Source: the human T2T-CHM13v2.0 reference genome, Homo sapiens. Taken from it: a DNA stretch of 64,000 nucleotides. Under the pieces are notes generated by a model, which was not told the DNA's origin, ran no database searches, and was given only the letters and a program-made list of their open reading frames with translations. The stretch is taken from assembly GCF_009914755.1 (NCBI RefSeq), contig NC_060930.1; one strand, given 5' to 3'. The position numbers and the translations under genes are program-made. Shown here in pieces: positions 61,954-64,000 of the stretch (its first letter is position 1; each line of letters begins with the position of its first letter).

Positions 61954-63453
61954 CCTCGGTTTCAATTTTCTACATAAAATAAATAACTCGATAGAAATTA
62001 GACTTTATCAAGGACAGCACTAGGAACACATAGGCCACTCAAGACTAATAGAGCCCACTGCTGTAGTCAAAGATGCTTCAGTGGGTTATAATTCTGACTT
62101 CTATAATTAAATACTTTCACATATACCCCAGCAAAGAAAAATCAAGTGCCCCAGACACCCTTACTAAAAGACTCTGAACCAACAACACCTAGCTTTCATT
62201 TTTATACCAGAGATATTTTGGCAAGCCTGAGACCTTTATCAAAGTGTAAAATGTCCCCCAGCTGCCTCCATGCAAAGGAAGCTCCCTTGCAAAGAACACA
62301 CTTTCTCGAAAGAGGGCGGCCCCAGAGTGCTTCCCCAAATGAACTCCTCAGGACCCAAATACATGCTGAATTGTGCTTTTCTAAATCAAACCTGTGGTCT
62401 GCAGTCTAAACACCTATCAAGACAACACCCATTTAAGAAACATAAAAGCAGAGTGAGTACACAACTCTCTCCTCTTTCAAAGCTTTCACAGAATTAAAGA
62501 ATCTTTAGCACCTGGCTTCCCAGATTACAGAGAGCTGAGTGAATATTACATCCCCAAAGTCATATTTCCTACCTCACTACTCTAAGGAGATTGCTAGGGT
62601 ATCCATTGCTTTGCCATCTTGATCTGTCAAGCAGTTACCTCTCATACATCAGCCAAGAAGTGACGTTACTTACATGCAATACAAAGAGAGTAAATCCAAG
62701 AGCAGTCTTATTCCTGGATTCAGAAGCCTCATAGTACTCTGAGGCCAAGCTTGAGGATTCTACTTAAAGCAGCCTCAGCTCTGGAAACTCAGTCAACCCA
62801 GAACTAACATTCAAAGCTGATCAGAGAGTAAAGCTCTTTCGAAAGAAGAGGAAGTATCATCTCCACTTCCTCAATCCTATCGTTCTTCCTTCTCATTGTT
62901 ATGAAACCCTTCCTTGATGCCCATATCCAGGACACAGTACATGTAAGGCAAGCACACCCCATCTGCCTGAGTTCATTGATCACTAAGCACTGCCCAGTGT
63001 ATTCATTTGCCGAGCACATTGGTGGAACAGTTCATGGTTCTGCTTTCCTGTTTTGGAGGCAAGGATGTTCATTTACAGGCATGGAGGGTGAGATGATCTG
63101 CAGAGTCATTCTCAGCATTTTTGGGTGAAATGCCACTTCAACCTCTTTAGGTTCAATCTTCTTTCAGATTTCCCTCTTTCCTCCTTTCCTAATCGTTCAT
63201 AATGCTCTAATAAACAGAGGGTACAGACACATTTGTAAAACGTATTTTAGGATAAAAATAAGTCTTAGCCTGCCATCTTTTGCAGTAGACATAGAAGAGT
63301 CTCTAACCACAAAACTTTTCTTTCCCACATTGGAAAAGGAAAATGGCAGGCTGAAAGTCAGAGATATTCCATCTCATTACAAATTCCTGCCCTCCCAATC
63401 TCCCTTTCAACACCAGCTTCTTGTTTCTCTATACCTTCTAGGGAAATGAATAC

Positions 63454-63620
63454 AGCTGGGCGTGGTGGCAGATGCCTGTAATCCCAACCACTCAGGAGGC
63501 TGAGGCAGGAGAATTGCTTGAACCTGGGAGGCAGAGGTTGCAGTGAGCCGAGATCGCACCACTGAACTCCAGACTAGGAGACAGAGCAAGACTCCAACTC
63601 AAAATAAATAAATAAATAAA
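63454..63620 (+). mobile_element. Alu right monomer
   Basis: agctgggcgtggtggc...gagcaagactcc and tail. Confidence 0.85.
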
Positions 63621-63621
63621 T

Positions 63622-63822
63622 ATGTATGTGTATATATATATATATATAAAATATATATATATATTATATATATAATATATATAAAATATATATATATTAT
63701 ATATATAATATATATATAATATATATATAAAATATATATATAATATATATATAAAATATATATATTATATATATATAGAATATATATATATATATATATA
63801 TAGAATATATAGAATATATAGA
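63622..63822. repeat. Long interrupted (TA)n
   Basis: Direct reading. Confidence 0.95.
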
Positions 63823-64000
63823 AACCTAATCCCCAATGTGATTGTATTTAGAGGTGGACCTTTGGGGAGTGATTAGGTCATGAGGACAGTGCCCTCATGA
63901 ATGGTATTAATTTTCTTATTAAAGAGAACCTGGAGATCTGCCCACCCCTCCACCATATGAGGACATGGCCAGAAGACAGTCACCTAGGAACGAGGAAGCA
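63823..64000 (+). mobile_element. MaLR LTR (MLT1A/MST-like), runs off the window
   Basis: aacctaatccccaatgtgattgtatttagaggtgg...gtgattaggtcatgagg. Confidence 0.75.

Noticed and set aside
62640-63150. Processed pseudogene or exon-like unique sequence
   Set aside because: No recognisable protein similarity, poly-A or TSD; only an isolated donor-like motif near 62668 on the minus strand.

Overview
Primate (human-like) non-coding genomic DNA. No protein-coding exon structure, RNA gene, CpG island or CRISPR array is supported. Roughly half or more of the window is interspersed repeat: about 50 Alu/FLAM copies, several truncated L1s (one 1.9 kb L1PA ORF2/3'UTR relic), about 12 solo LTRs (ERV1, ERVL and MaLR types), Tigger1 and MADE1 fragments, MIR remnants and many microsatellites. 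The ORF track is largely Alu, L1, LTR and simple-repeat read-through. Repeat subfamily names come from recalled consensus features and need RepeatMasker/Dfam confirmation. The main unexplained structure is a 733-734 bp, ~96% identical inverted duplication (40027-40760 versus 43909-44641). Its right arm is pasted inside an AluJ that itself sits in an LTR, with microhomology and a short target duplication at the junctions, which points to a local templated insertion. It creates a long non-Alu fold-back and a candidate 3.1 kb invertible segment. Other notable items are two candidate 3' transductions, a dispersed 39-bp local copy, a forkhead-motif minisatellite in an LTR, an octamer-rich LTR9-family LTR, and candidate enhancers and splice motifs. 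I cannot identify the locus or a host gene from the sequence alone.
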